A stretch of 32,000 nucleotides of DNA from Aciduliprofundum boonei T469 (lineage in GTDB: Archaea > Thermoplasmatota > Thermoplasmata > Thermoplasmatales > Aciduliprofundaceae): the NCBI RefSeq assembly GCF_000025665.1, contig NC_013926.1:840001-872000 (forward strand), in the 5' to 3' direction. Positions 1 through 7,615 of this stretch are shown piece after piece (position 1 is the first letter of the stretch; each line of letters begins with the position of its first letter). The position numbers and the translations under genes were made by a program. The notes beneath the pieces are model-generated. The model ran no database searches. It saw nothing but the letters and a program-made list of their open reading frames with translations, and was not told the DNA's origin.

Positions 1-1
1 G

Positions 2-199
2 TGGATTGAACTATATTTCAAGCCAGAAGATGGAGGATTTCCAATAATGGTCGGGAGAGTAGCTTTCACAAGTCACAGTGCACCCATAACAGAGCCGAAG
101 GCCAAGTTCTACTTTAAGTGTGAGAAGAAAGGTAAGCTGATGGCTTTGAGTTACTGCAATATCCATGGGCTCTGGCAAAACGAAGTTGATGTAGAGTGA
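2..199 (+). CDS. sor: Superoxide reductase (neelaredoxin-type), C-terminal fragment; the 5' end lies outside the window
   Basis: Frame 2 reads WIELYF...VGRVAFTSH...KKGKLMALSYCNIHGLWQNEVDVE*. This aligns closely with my recollection of the 1Fe-SOR C-terminal half (IELYF...GRVEFTAHG...KKGKLYALSYCNIHGLWENEV), including the Cys-x2-His iron ligands. Stop TGA at 197-199. Confidence 0.85.
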   Translation, partial: WIELYFKPEDGGFPIMVGRVAFTSHSAPITEPKAKFYFKCEKKGKLMALSYCNIHGLWQNEVDVE

Positions 200-204
200 T
201 TTAA

Positions 205-735
205 ATGGAATATACAAGCAACATAGAAGGGCCCACGATCGACCCTAAGCCATATACAAACGCAGGAATAGTGCTCACCATACTTGGTATATTGGGCATA
301 ATATTTCCGAAATTTGCCAGTGGGGTCATAGTGTATCTCATTGCAATATTACTGTTGATTGGTGGCATAGTGTTCTTGATAATGGGCATAAAGTCTACCA
401 GTGGAAAGCTGGGGGGGATACTGCTTGGCATAGCACTATTAATTTTCGGTATACTCGTAATAATCTATCCTCTGTATGCTCTGGCAGGTTTAGCAGTTCT
501 TATGGGAAGTTTCTTCATGATAGGGGGAATAATATACTTTCTACTTGCTTATACTGTGCATCCATACAATGGATGGTGGGCCCCAGTGATTTCCGGTGTG
601 CTTTCTTTGATATTGGGAATACTGGTGCTTATGAGCTGGCCAGGGAATTCAGAGTGGATCATAGGGCTCTTTGTGGGCATTGATTTGCTGTTTGAAGGTC
701 TTGCACTGATAACGGTTGGAAAGCTCGTAAAATGA
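205..735 (+). CDS. HdeD/DUF308-like polytopic membrane protein
   Basis: 176 aa, almost entirely hydrophobic with about 6 predicted TM helices. It has the Gly/Ile/Leu-rich repeat pattern typical of DUF308. A paralogue lies at 3048-3599. Confidence 0.65.
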   Translation: MEYTSNIEGPTIDPKPYTNAGIVLTILGILGIIFPKFASGVIVYLIAILLLIGGIVFLIMGIKSTSGKLGGILLGIALLIFGILVIIYPLYALAGLAVLMGSFFMIGGIIYFLLAYTVHPYNGWWAPVISGVLSLILGILVLMSWPGNSEWIIGLFVGIDLLFEGLALITVGKLVK

Positions 736-777
736 ATCTTGCAAAATTGAAATGGATAAAGATAAGGGGGTAGTAAT

Positions 778-1269
778 ATGGATGAGAAAAAATCAGATAA
801 TGCTTTGGAAAACATAGATTTTGAAGCTTTAGGAGACCTCTTAGCAGCAGAATCGGTTTGGATTGGAGACGGAAGAACAAAGACAAAAATTCATGATATG
901 GAATTGGAGGTAGATAACCCTCTCAGTGTTAGTCCAATAAACCCCCCACCCCATGTAACTTGGCCTGAACAGCTCTTACCAGCGGCTTTAGCAGTGTGTT
1001 TCATAACTACAATGACAGCTATAAACGATAAAATAGGAGTGCACATAAATGAGCTTAGGGTTATAGTAAAGCCCATACTAGGGATTGACACAGATGGGGG
1101 GTTCAAGTTTGATAAGATGAAATTGAATGTAAAACTAAGTATTGCTAGGGGAGAAAAAAGCAAGGCCGAAAAACTTGTGGAGATAACGCATAAATATTGC
1201 TTGGTAAGTAAGGCAATAAAGGGCAATGTGAAAGAAATTATAGAAGTGGATATAAAGGAGGTAGATTGA
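778..1269 (+). CDS. OsmC/Ohr-family peroxiredoxin-like protein
   Basis: PEQLLPAALAVCF carries the first conserved Cys and HKYCLVSKAIKG the second. The length and two-Cys layout fit the OsmC family. A GGGGGT RBS precedes the ATG. Confidence 0.75.
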   Translation: MDEKKSDNALENIDFEALGDLLAAESVWIGDGRTKTKIHDMELEVDNPLSVSPINPPPHVTWPEQLLPAALAVCFITTMTAINDKIGVHINELRVIVKPILGIDTDGGFKFDKMKLNVKLSIARGEKSKAEKLVEITHKYCLVSKAIKGNVKEIIEVDIKEVD

Positions 1270-1345
1270 AAGAAGCTTGATAAGCTTCATAGGTTTGATG
1301 CAATGTTTGCATCTTGAGAATAGTAAAAAAAGGAGGTGATAAAAA

Positions 1346-1987
1346 ATGGTAGTGATAGGAGAAAAATTTCCGGAGGTAGAGGTTAATACAACCCATGGAA
1401 AAATGAAGTTGCCAGACCACTTTGCTGGGAAGTGGTTCGTACTGTTCTCTCATCCAGCGGACTTCACACCAGTGTGCACAACGGAGTTCTACGCTATGCA
1501 GAAAAGATTAGATAAATTCAAAGAGCTAGGTGTTGAAGTGATAGGACTAAGCGTGGACCAAGTATTTGCACATTTGAAGTGGATTGAGTGGATCAAAGAT
1601 AATCTCGGGGAGGAGATACAGTTCCCAGTTATTGCGGATGATCGCGGAGATCTTGCAGATATGCTCGGCATGATACCCACGGGTTCCACGCAGACAGCCA
1701 GGGCGGTGTTCATTGTAGATCCTAAAGGAACAATAAGGGCTATAGTGTACTATCCAGCTGAGCTCGGTCGTGACTGGGACGAAATTCTACGTGCTGTGAA
1801 GGCTCTGCAGATAAGCGATGCTAATGGTGTGGCTATGCCGCACAAGTGGCCCAACAATGAATTAATCAAGGACCGTGTCATCGTGCCTCCCGCTGGAAGC
1901 GTTGATGCAATAAAGGACAGGGAGGAGGCCAAGAAAAAGGGCGAGATTGAGTGCTACGACTGGTGGCTCTGCCACAAATCACTCTGA
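1346..1987 (+). CDS. Peroxiredoxin (archaeal Prx6/1-Cys-type thiol peroxidase)
   Basis: [14 protein letters not shown] is the peroxidatic-Cys motif. The protein is 213 aa and ends in a CYDWWLC tail. A strong GGAGGTGA RBS sits 6 nt upstream. Confidence 0.95.
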   Translation: MVVIGEKFPEVEVNTTHGKMKLPDHFAGKWFVLFSHPADFTPVCTTEFYAMQKRLDKFKELGVEVIGLSVDQVFAHLKWIEWIKDNLGEEIQFPVIADDRGDLADMLGMIPTGSTQTARAVFIVDPKGTIRAIVYYPAELGRDWDEILRAVKALQISDANGVAMPHKWPNNELIKDRVIVPPAGSVDAIKDREEAKKKGEIECYDWWLCHKSL

Positions 1988-1996
1988 CCTCTACCC

Positions 1997-2009
1997 TTTC
2001 TTTTTTTTT
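1997..2009 (+). terminator. Oligo-T tract (TTTC-T9) immediately after the peroxiredoxin stop; candidate archaeal intrinsic terminator
   Basis: The sequence ccctttcttttttttt starts 10 nt after the stop codon. Archaeal RNA polymerase terminates at T-runs. Confidence 0.4.
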
Positions 2010-2041
2010 GAAAATCTTTATATGGTGCAATTAGATGAAGT

Positions 2042-2347
2042 ATGGGGATTGATATGCTATCGAAGATACCTTTTGATATGGAAAAATTGGAAGAGCTTGC
2101 TAAGGAAGAGCCTGATGTAGAGCTTGTGCGTATAGGCATAATTGCGGAATTAGATGCTATAAACTTATACGAGCAGCTTGCGTCGTTGGCCAAGGATAAG
2201 CTAGTACGCAAAGTGTTCTTGGACATAGTGAAGGAGGAGAAAGAGCATTTTGGAGAGTTTATGGAACTGCTCCGTAATTTGGATATTGAAATAGAAGATG
2301 CTCTTGAAGAGGGAAAGGAAGAAGTTGAAGAAATGAGGGAAGAATAA
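2042..2347 (+). CDS. Small ferritin-like protein resembling encapsulated-ferritin (EncFtn) half-ferritins
   Basis: 101 aa with IAELDAINLYEQ...DIVKEEKEHFGEFMELL, a Glu...ExxH di-iron half-site pattern like EncFtn/rubrerythrin-like helices. The tail is acidic. The stop overlaps the next start (TAATG). An alternative start exists at 2054. Confidence 0.5.
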   Translation: MGIDMLSKIPFDMEKLEELAKEEPDVELVRIGIIAELDAINLYEQLASLAKDKLVRKVFLDIVKEEKEHFGEFMELLRNLDIEIEDALEEGKEEVEEMREE

Positions 2348-3051
2348 TGCTTGTTCTCGGGCATAAAGGTTATTCAGCAAAGTATCCCCCAAATACACTT
2401 TTATCATTTAAAAAGGCCATAGAGTATGGGGCGGATGGAGTAGAATTGGATGTATGGAGAACTAAGGATGGAGAAGTTGTAGTTTCTCACGATAGAAATC
2501 TTGAAAAGGTTGTAGGTGTGGATGTGGATATTAAGAAACCAAGCTATGAAGAATTGCAGGATTACAAAATTGAAGGGGAGCCTATACCTCTGCTTAGAGA
2601 GGTATACGAAGCTTTGCCAAATGATGCAATAATAAATGTAGAAATAAAGGACACGGATGCAGTCAAACCTTCGCTAAAGATAGCTGTAGAATTTGATGCC
2701 CTGGACCGTACACTTTTTTCATCTTTCAACATCAAGGCCCTTAAGATTCTTAGAAAATTAAACAAAGAGGCAAGGATAGGCATTCTTGTCGGGGGCTTAA
2801 ACGAAGTATTTACAATTCCCTCGCATATATATTCCGTTAAGGCAAATTATCTGAATATTCCTCATCAGATATCCGGGGTGGGTGAGTTCACTGCCAGAGC
2901 CCTTATACATTTTTACAGATTGTTTGGAGTAAGAGTTGCAATATGGACCCCAAACTCTCCTGATGATCTGCAATTATTCGAGGGTCTCTATGAGATGGTC
3001 ATCACAGATGAAGTTGAAAAGATGGTGAAATACAGGGATGAGCTCCAATGA
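2347..3051 (+). CDS. Glycerophosphodiester phosphodiesterase (GDPD family)
   Basis: LGHKGYSAKYPPNTLLSFKKAIEYGADGVELDVWRTKDGEVVVSHD matches the GDPD N-terminal signature H(R/K)G...N(T/S)...GAD.(I/V)E.DV..TKDG..VV.HD. Confidence 0.85.
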   Translation: MLVLGHKGYSAKYPPNTLLSFKKAIEYGADGVELDVWRTKDGEVVVSHDRNLEKVVGVDVDIKKPSYEELQDYKIEGEPIPLLREVYEALPNDAIINVEIKDTDAVKPSLKIAVEFDALDRTLFSSFNIKALKILRKLNKEARIGILVGGLNEVFTIPSHIYSVKANYLNIPHQISGVGEFTARALIHFYRLFGVRVAIWTPNSPDDLQLFEGLYEMVITDEVEKMVKYRDELQ

Positions 3052-3599
3052 TTTCAAAATTAGATTATAGAATTGAAGATGCCATAAATTCGCATACAAT
3101 AACAGGCATTTTCCTTGTTCTAATAGGAATTTTTGCTGTTTTCTTTCCACTTTATTTTTCTTTTGCCCTTATATATGTAGTTGGAATTCTTCTAATAATT
3201 CTAGGTTTGATTGGGGGTTTCCTGTACTTTACAACGCTTGGCAAGGAAAAAATGAGATTGATAGGTGCTATAGTGATGATCACTCTTGGCCTTATTGATT
3301 TACTCTCTCCAATTCTGGGTCTGAAGATATTCACTGTCATAATAATTCTATTTTTCCTCTTTGCAGCGTTTACAAATTTTATGCTTGCTAGGAGTATAAA
3401 ATCTCAAGCTGGCTCATGGTTAGCCATAGGCGCTGGTATATTAACCCTTATATTTGATGCATTACTCATACTTGGATGGAAATCTTATCTCTCATTCGTG
3501 TTTATTGGATTATTTGTAGGGGTTGTTCTATTCATGGATGGATTGGTTTTCTTATTCCAGGGTTACAGAATAGGAAAAATCCAAAAATTTAAGAAATAA
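3048..3599 (+). CDS. HdeD/DUF308-like polytopic membrane protein (second copy)
   Basis: 183 aa with about 6 TM helices. An ATGA overlap joins it to the GDPD gene. The architecture matches 205-735. Confidence 0.6.
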   Translation: MISKLDYRIEDAINSHTITGIFLVLIGIFAVFFPLYFSFALIYVVGILLIILGLIGGFLYFTTLGKEKMRLIGAIVMITLGLIDLLSPILGLKIFTVIIILFFLFAAFTNFMLARSIKSQAGSWLAIGAGILTLIFDALLILGWKSYLSFVFIGLFVGVVLFMDGLVFLFQGYRIGKIQKFKK

Positions 3600-3600
3600 T

Positions 3601-5469
3601 TTAAGAAATAAATTGGAATGGAGAGATGAAATCTCCATATTTCTTCTGTGCATCTTTTAATCTCTTCTCCTCTGCATCTAATTCCTCATATAGCTCCTTA
3701 GGTATGTTGTCCATGCTGCCGTATATCTTTCTTATTCTCTCTATCTTGGCTAGGAGATTTGGTACTCTAATGGTAAACTGCTTCTCATAGTCCTCTTTCT
3801 TATATTCCCTATTGAAAACTTCTTTGAATAACCTTGCTAGGTCCTCGTAATACGGTATATATCCAATGGGCGTCTCAATAGCATCCACTTCGTTATGTAC
3901 GCGCAAGTCCATCCATTTTAGCCATACTTTCTTATCCAATTTGCTATTCAAATAGTTTCCATTTTCATCCTTGAGGAAGTAATTTACCGCAAATATCTTG
4001 GGCGGGGTTTTTAGTTTCCTGCCGAATTTCAAATAATTCTCAATGTATACCCCAAGATGTACTGACATAAAATCAAGAATTGACATAATGTTGAATTTCC
4101 TTACACCCTCTTTGCCCAATGTAGCAGCAGTGGTTTCTGATTCTATTGAAGCACCTTTCATTATAACCCCATGTTGCCAGTTGAACGATTCGCACACAGG
4201 TGGCCAAGTGTCTGAGTCTCTGCCTCCGAATATCATACCGCTTAATTTCACGCCATCTTTTGAATCAAGAGCCTCTCTATCTAGATTTGGGAAATAGATT
4301 AGGCGAGCTGTGAATCTTGCATTTTTATGGCTTGGAGGAATCTCATTGCCTTCTTTGTCTTTCTTTCCGCACCACCATTTTCCGCTGTGATTCTCTCCTT
4401 TGCATGGGATTTCTTCGCCCATATCGTTCCAATATGGCTTTCCTTCGTGTACAAGAATATTTGAGAATATTATTTCTTGAGGAGTATGTAATACTTGCCA
4501 TATGTAAGGGTCATCCTCCTTGTTCACTCCCTGTATGATTCCAAATACTCCATATTCCACATTAACCGCCCTAGCTTCTCCGTTTATATCCCTTATAAAT
4601 GAGAGGTCATCACCTACTAAGCGCTCTCCTATAAGCATACAAGTTGAAGTTTTTCCGCACATGCTTGGAAATGCTCCCGTGAAGTATGTGACTCTTCCAT
4701 TGGGGCCATTGACACCCATGAGGAACATATGCTCAGATAACCATCCTTCCTTTACAGCCTTATTGATGGTCAACCTGAATGCTGGCTTCTTTAAACCTAT
4801 TGTATTTCCAGCGTATTGAGTGTTTACAGCGTATGTGATATTCCCCTCAAGGTCTATCATTATGCGTCTCTTATCCAAATTCTTGCTTGTTTTTCTCTCA
4901 TCTAGCTCCCCTTCAGAATGCACGAATTTGAAGAACTCTAAATTTGGATTTTGAGTAAAGACATCGTATGCTTTACGGTAGAGTATAAACTCACTGTGAG
5001 CCACATAAGCAGAATCGGTAAGTTGTACAGAGGGCACCATAAATTCAGAATTCTTAGGTCCAAGAGAGAAAAACAGAATGAACAACTCCTTGCCTTGCAT
5101 TATCCCATCCATAATTTCTAAAACTTCTTTAAGGCCATCGTCTCTTTTCATAGTGTTTAAGTAGGGTAATTTCTCGCCATGAGGCGTCAGTATGTAAGTA
5201 TGCTCTTTATCCCTAGCTTGGTCGTAGTAGTTATCAAAATGCACAGTGTGTCCGGGAGTTTTCAACAACCGTTCCTCCTCGTAAACTATTGCTCTGTTCC
5301 TAATGTAAAGCTCATCCTCATCGCTATCGTTGGCAACGAAGATCTTTGAAGGTTTGAGTAATTTTATATGCTCTGCGAGAAAATGATGTAGCTCGGGATT
5401 GTCTATTTTTTCCAATTTTTCGTACTGCTCTTCATCCATAACGCTTTTCAAGTATTCTAAATCATTCAT
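3601..5469 (-). CDS. pckG: Phosphoenolpyruvate carboxykinase (GTP)
   Basis: About 620 aa with FPSMCGKTS (kinase-1a P-loop) and other GTP-PEPCK blocks (NARFT, GGRDSDTWPPV). The ORF extends to 5493, but the ATG at 5469 has a GGTGA RBS 5 nt upstream (MNDLEYLK...). Confidence 0.93.
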   Translation of the reverse strand: MNDLEYLKSVMDEEQYEKLEKIDNPELHHFLAEHIKLLKPSKIFVANDSDEDELYIRNRAIVYEEERLLKTPGHTVHFDNYYDQARDKEHTYILTPHGEKLPYLNTMKRDDGLKEVLEIMDGIMQGKELFILFFSLGPKNSEFMVPSVQLTDSAYVAHSEFILYRKAYDVFTQNPNLEFFKFVHSEGELDERKTSKNLDKRRIMIDLEGNITYAVNTQYAGNTIGLKKPAFRLTINKAVKEGWLSEHMFLMGVNGPNGRVTYFTGAFPSMCGKTSTCMLIGERLVGDDLSFIRDINGEARAVNVEYGVFGIIQGVNKEDDPYIWQVLHTPQEIIFSNILVHEGKPYWNDMGEEIPCKGENHSGKWWCGKKDKEGNEIPPSHKNARFTARLIYFPNLDREALDSKDGVKLSGMIFGGRDSDTWPPVCESFNWQHGVIMKGASIESETTAATLGKEGVRKFNIMSILDFMSVHLGVYIENYLKFGRKLKTPPKIFAVNYFLKDENGNYLNSKLDKKVWLKWMDLRVHNEVDAIETPIGYIPYYEDLARLFKEVFNREYKKEDYEKQFTIRVPNLLAKIERIRKIYGSMDNIPKELYEELDAEEKRLKDAQKKYGDFISPFQFIS

Positions 5470-5504
5470 TTTTATCACCTTGCGTAGAGGCATGCTTGGA
5501 AATG

Positions 5505-5918
5505 TTAAAAATCTTTTGTATCTTTAACTTCCACAAATCTTATCCCTCCTTCATTCATAATTATCGCCCTTCCTCTTGGTGCTTTCAATTCTTTTTTTAT
5601 TTCATTTTCGTATTTCCTGAGCAATTCTAATGCTTTCTCTATTTTTCGCTCTCTGCTTATCACTGGTAGAAATTTATCTTTTATTCTCATTATATTTGGT
5701 CCAAATTGGTATCCTATGAATACGGGTATGTCCGATAGAATCGCTGATATTCCCTTTGCCTTTTCCTTGGCGCCATGCTCTTCCTCTGGTGAATTGTTTT
5801 CCCTTTTTTCTATGAACTTTATTCTGTCTCCTATCTCGTATATGAGAAAAAATTTTCCATCGCCATAATGGTCTTTTGTTATCTCTATTCCATCCGTTGT
5901 ACTTATTGCCACCTTCAT
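5505..5918 (-). CDS. NifB/NifX-like (dinitrogenase FeMo-cofactor-binding domain family) protein
   Basis: MKVAISTTDG..ITKDHYGDGKFFLIYEI... matches the family pattern MK.A..s.dG..v..HFG.a..F.iye. The protein is 137 aa. Confidence 0.65.
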   Translation of the reverse strand: MKVAISTTDGIEITKDHYGDGKFFLIYEIGDRIKFIEKRENNSPEEEHGAKEKAKGISAILSDIPVFIGYQFGPNIMRIKDKFLPVISRERKIEKALELLRKYENEIKKELKAPRGRAIIMNEGGIRFVEVKDTKDF

Positions 5919-5920
5919 AA

Positions 5921-5948
5921 TTTAGGTATGCCTAAAACATATAAAAAG
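5921..5948. promoter_or_regulatory. Divergent promoter region: inverted repeat TTTAGG-N4-CCTAAA (5921-5936) next to a symmetric A/T box CATATAAAAAGG (5939-5950)
   Basis: This is a 56-bp spacer between divergent genes. The A/T box lies about 25-30 nt from both start codons. The palindrome abuts the start of the minus-strand gene. Confidence 0.3.
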
Positions 5949-5974
5949 GTTATTTAGTAAGTGCATATCCCTTT

Positions 5975-6433
5975 GTGAAAATTTTGTATGAAAAGGAGAT
6001 CGATACGAAAGAAATAAAAGTATCGCCCAGACCTGTTTGGAAATGTACTACCTGCCCATTCTACGGTAAAAGGCCATCTTGCCCACCTTACGCTCCCTCC
6101 TGGAGAGATGCAAGAGAATGGGCGCACAGTTATAAAAGAGCGCTATTACACAAGTTTGAAATTGATATAGATAATTTTGAAATTGAGAAAAGAAAGGTTC
6201 TAAATTATCTCCTCCAAAGAGAAAAAGAATTGTTCAAGGAGTATCCTTATGTGTACGCGTTATTTCCCGGTGCTTGCAATTTATGCGAGGAATGCAAATT
6301 TGAAAAAGGTGGAGAATGTCCTATGCCCGAAAAAGTTCGCTTTTCCTTAGATGCAATAGGAATCGAAATCACATCCATCGTATCTCTTGACTTTGAAGAG
6401 AACGCTCTATATTCACTAATTTTTCTGGATTGA
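5975..6433 (+). CDS. DUF2284-like predicted metal-binding protein
   Basis: CTTCPFYGKRPSCPPYAP plus the later CNLCEECKFEKGGECP Cys clusters are characteristic of DUF2284. The start codon is GTG. Confidence 0.65.
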   Translation: MKILYEKEIDTKEIKVSPRPVWKCTTCPFYGKRPSCPPYAPSWRDAREWAHSYKRALLHKFEIDIDNFEIEKRKVLNYLLQREKELFKEYPYVYALFPGACNLCEECKFEKGGECPMPEKVRFSLDAIGIEITSIVSLDFEENALYSLIFLD

Positions 6434-6998
6434 ACAAGGCGATTAGAATCACAAATACACCAATTATTGATATCTCGTATATTTCAAGAGTGGCCACAGA
6501 TGGCCAGGGTAAGAAGGCACCGAGCCAAGATAGGGCGAATAGAACTATGCTTGCAATTCTAAGCTTCTCAGTTGCTATCCCGAATATGAACATTCCGAAG
6601 AAGAATTGTAAGAAGAAGTAAGTGGATACGAATCCATGGGGCCTAGTGCCGCTGTGAAATATCCCGATAAATGCTAGGAATACGGAAGAAATCATAATAA
6701 ATGCTCCTCCGATGATTTGCAGTTTATTGATTGCAATATGTAGAAGGTAAATTGAGAATATGAAGAGGAAGGGGAAAGAGAGTATTAAACCGTAATTGTA
6801 GAGCCATGGTGCATTTGCATTATTTGCCCCAAGATCGCTTAAGGCATTGTGCATAACAGAGAACCAAGGATTTTGGGAAATTGAGATTATGGTGAAGCAC
6901 CAATAAACTATGAGGGTTATAACTCCGAAGAATCTTAGATTTGATAATCTTATCATAGTTAGAATATGAATTTGTAAAAGAATAAAGTTTCTATCCAT
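6369..6998 (-). CDS. DUF998-like integral membrane protein
   Basis: 209 aa with about 6 TM helices and an ALSDLG motif after TM1. The start may be the internal Met at 6956, because a TTTAAAAA box sits only 8 nt upstream of 6998. Confidence 0.55.
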   Translation of the reverse strand: MDRNFILLQIHILTMIRLSNLRFFGVITLIVYWCFTIISISQNPWFSVMHNALSDLGANNANAPWLYNYGLILSFPFLFIFSIYLLHIAINKLQIIGGAFIMISSVFLAFIGIFHSGTRPHGFVSTYFFLQFFFGMFIFGIATEKLRIASIVLFALSWLGAFLPWPSVATLEIYEISIIGVFVILIALFNPEKLVNIERSLQSQEIRWM

Positions 6999-7042
6999 AA
7001 CCTTTTTAAATGAAGCCCCAATACCCTCTAACAGGTGAGACT

Positions 7043-7207
7043 ATGGAAGAGACAATAGAGTTCTGCACATCCTGCGGGAGAGGACTGGATGAAGGTTCGG
7101 TGGTTTTTCATTGTCCTAATTGTGGGGCTTTGATTGCAAGGTGCAATCGGTGCCGTGAGCAGAGCATACCTTACAAATGTCCAAATTGCGGATTTGAGGG
7201 ACCATGA
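7043..7207 (+). CDS. Zn-ribbon protein (COG2888/DUF1610-type) that classically precedes aEF-1beta
   Basis: It carries four CxxC pairs (CTSCG, CPNCG, CNRC, CPNCG). A GGTGA RBS lies 5 nt before the ATG at 7043. The ORF-track start at 7010 is probably an upstream extension. Confidence 0.75.
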   Translation: MEETIEFCTSCGRGLDEGSVVFHCPNCGALIARCNRCREQSIPYKCPNCGFEGP

Positions 7208-7216
7208 GGTGATAAA

Positions 7217-7483
7217 ATGGGAGATGTTTTGGTAACATACAAGATAATGCCCGAAGGCGTGGATGTTGATTTTGAAAAGATGAAAGAAGAGGTAAAAAAG
7301 AAAGTGGGAACTTTGGGCAAGATAGCCGAATTCGATTTACAGCCCATTGCCTTTGGCTTAAAGGCCCTTGTTGTAAAGGTAATTGTTAAAGACGAGGGCG
7401 GCATTGCTGATAAGATTGAAGAGGAATTTAACAAGATAGAGAATGTGCAGGGAGTAGTTATTGAGGAAGTCACACTGATTTAA
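7217..7483 (+). CDS. ef1b: Translation elongation factor aEF-1 beta
   Basis: 88 aa. MGDVLVTYKIMPEGVDVDFEKM...IAFGLKALVV... is the canonical archaeal EF-1beta sequence. A GAGGTGA RBS is present. Confidence 0.95.
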   Translation: MGDVLVTYKIMPEGVDVDFEKMKEEVKKKVGTLGKIAEFDLQPIAFGLKALVVKVIVKDEGGIADKIEEEFNKIENVQGVVIEEVTLI

Positions 7484-7497
7484 TTTTTAAACCACTC

Positions 7498-7503
7498 TTT
7501 TTT
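7498..7503 (+). terminator. T6 run downstream of ef1b; candidate terminator
   Basis: ctcttttttac lies 15 nt after the stop codon. Confidence 0.3.
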
Positions 7504-7615
7504 ACTCCTTTCAATTTTTGATTTGGTCATAAACTTTAGAGAACTTTTTATATGATAAGTTTTAAGTATTTTAAAGTTTTTTGGAGAAAAGTAAAATAAA
7601 CTTGAGGTGGGAATA

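Noticed and set aside
4043-4819. Three plus-strand ORFs (84, 73 and 99 aa) inside the pckG locus
   Set aside because: They lie entirely antisense to a confidently identified PEPCK gene. Their translations are Ser/Pro/Leu/Cys-rich and look like mirror-frame artefacts. None has an RBS.
7171-7473. 100-aa minus-strand ORF
   Set aside because: It is antisense to the canonical ef1b gene, and its Ser/Thr/Pro-rich translation is an artefact.
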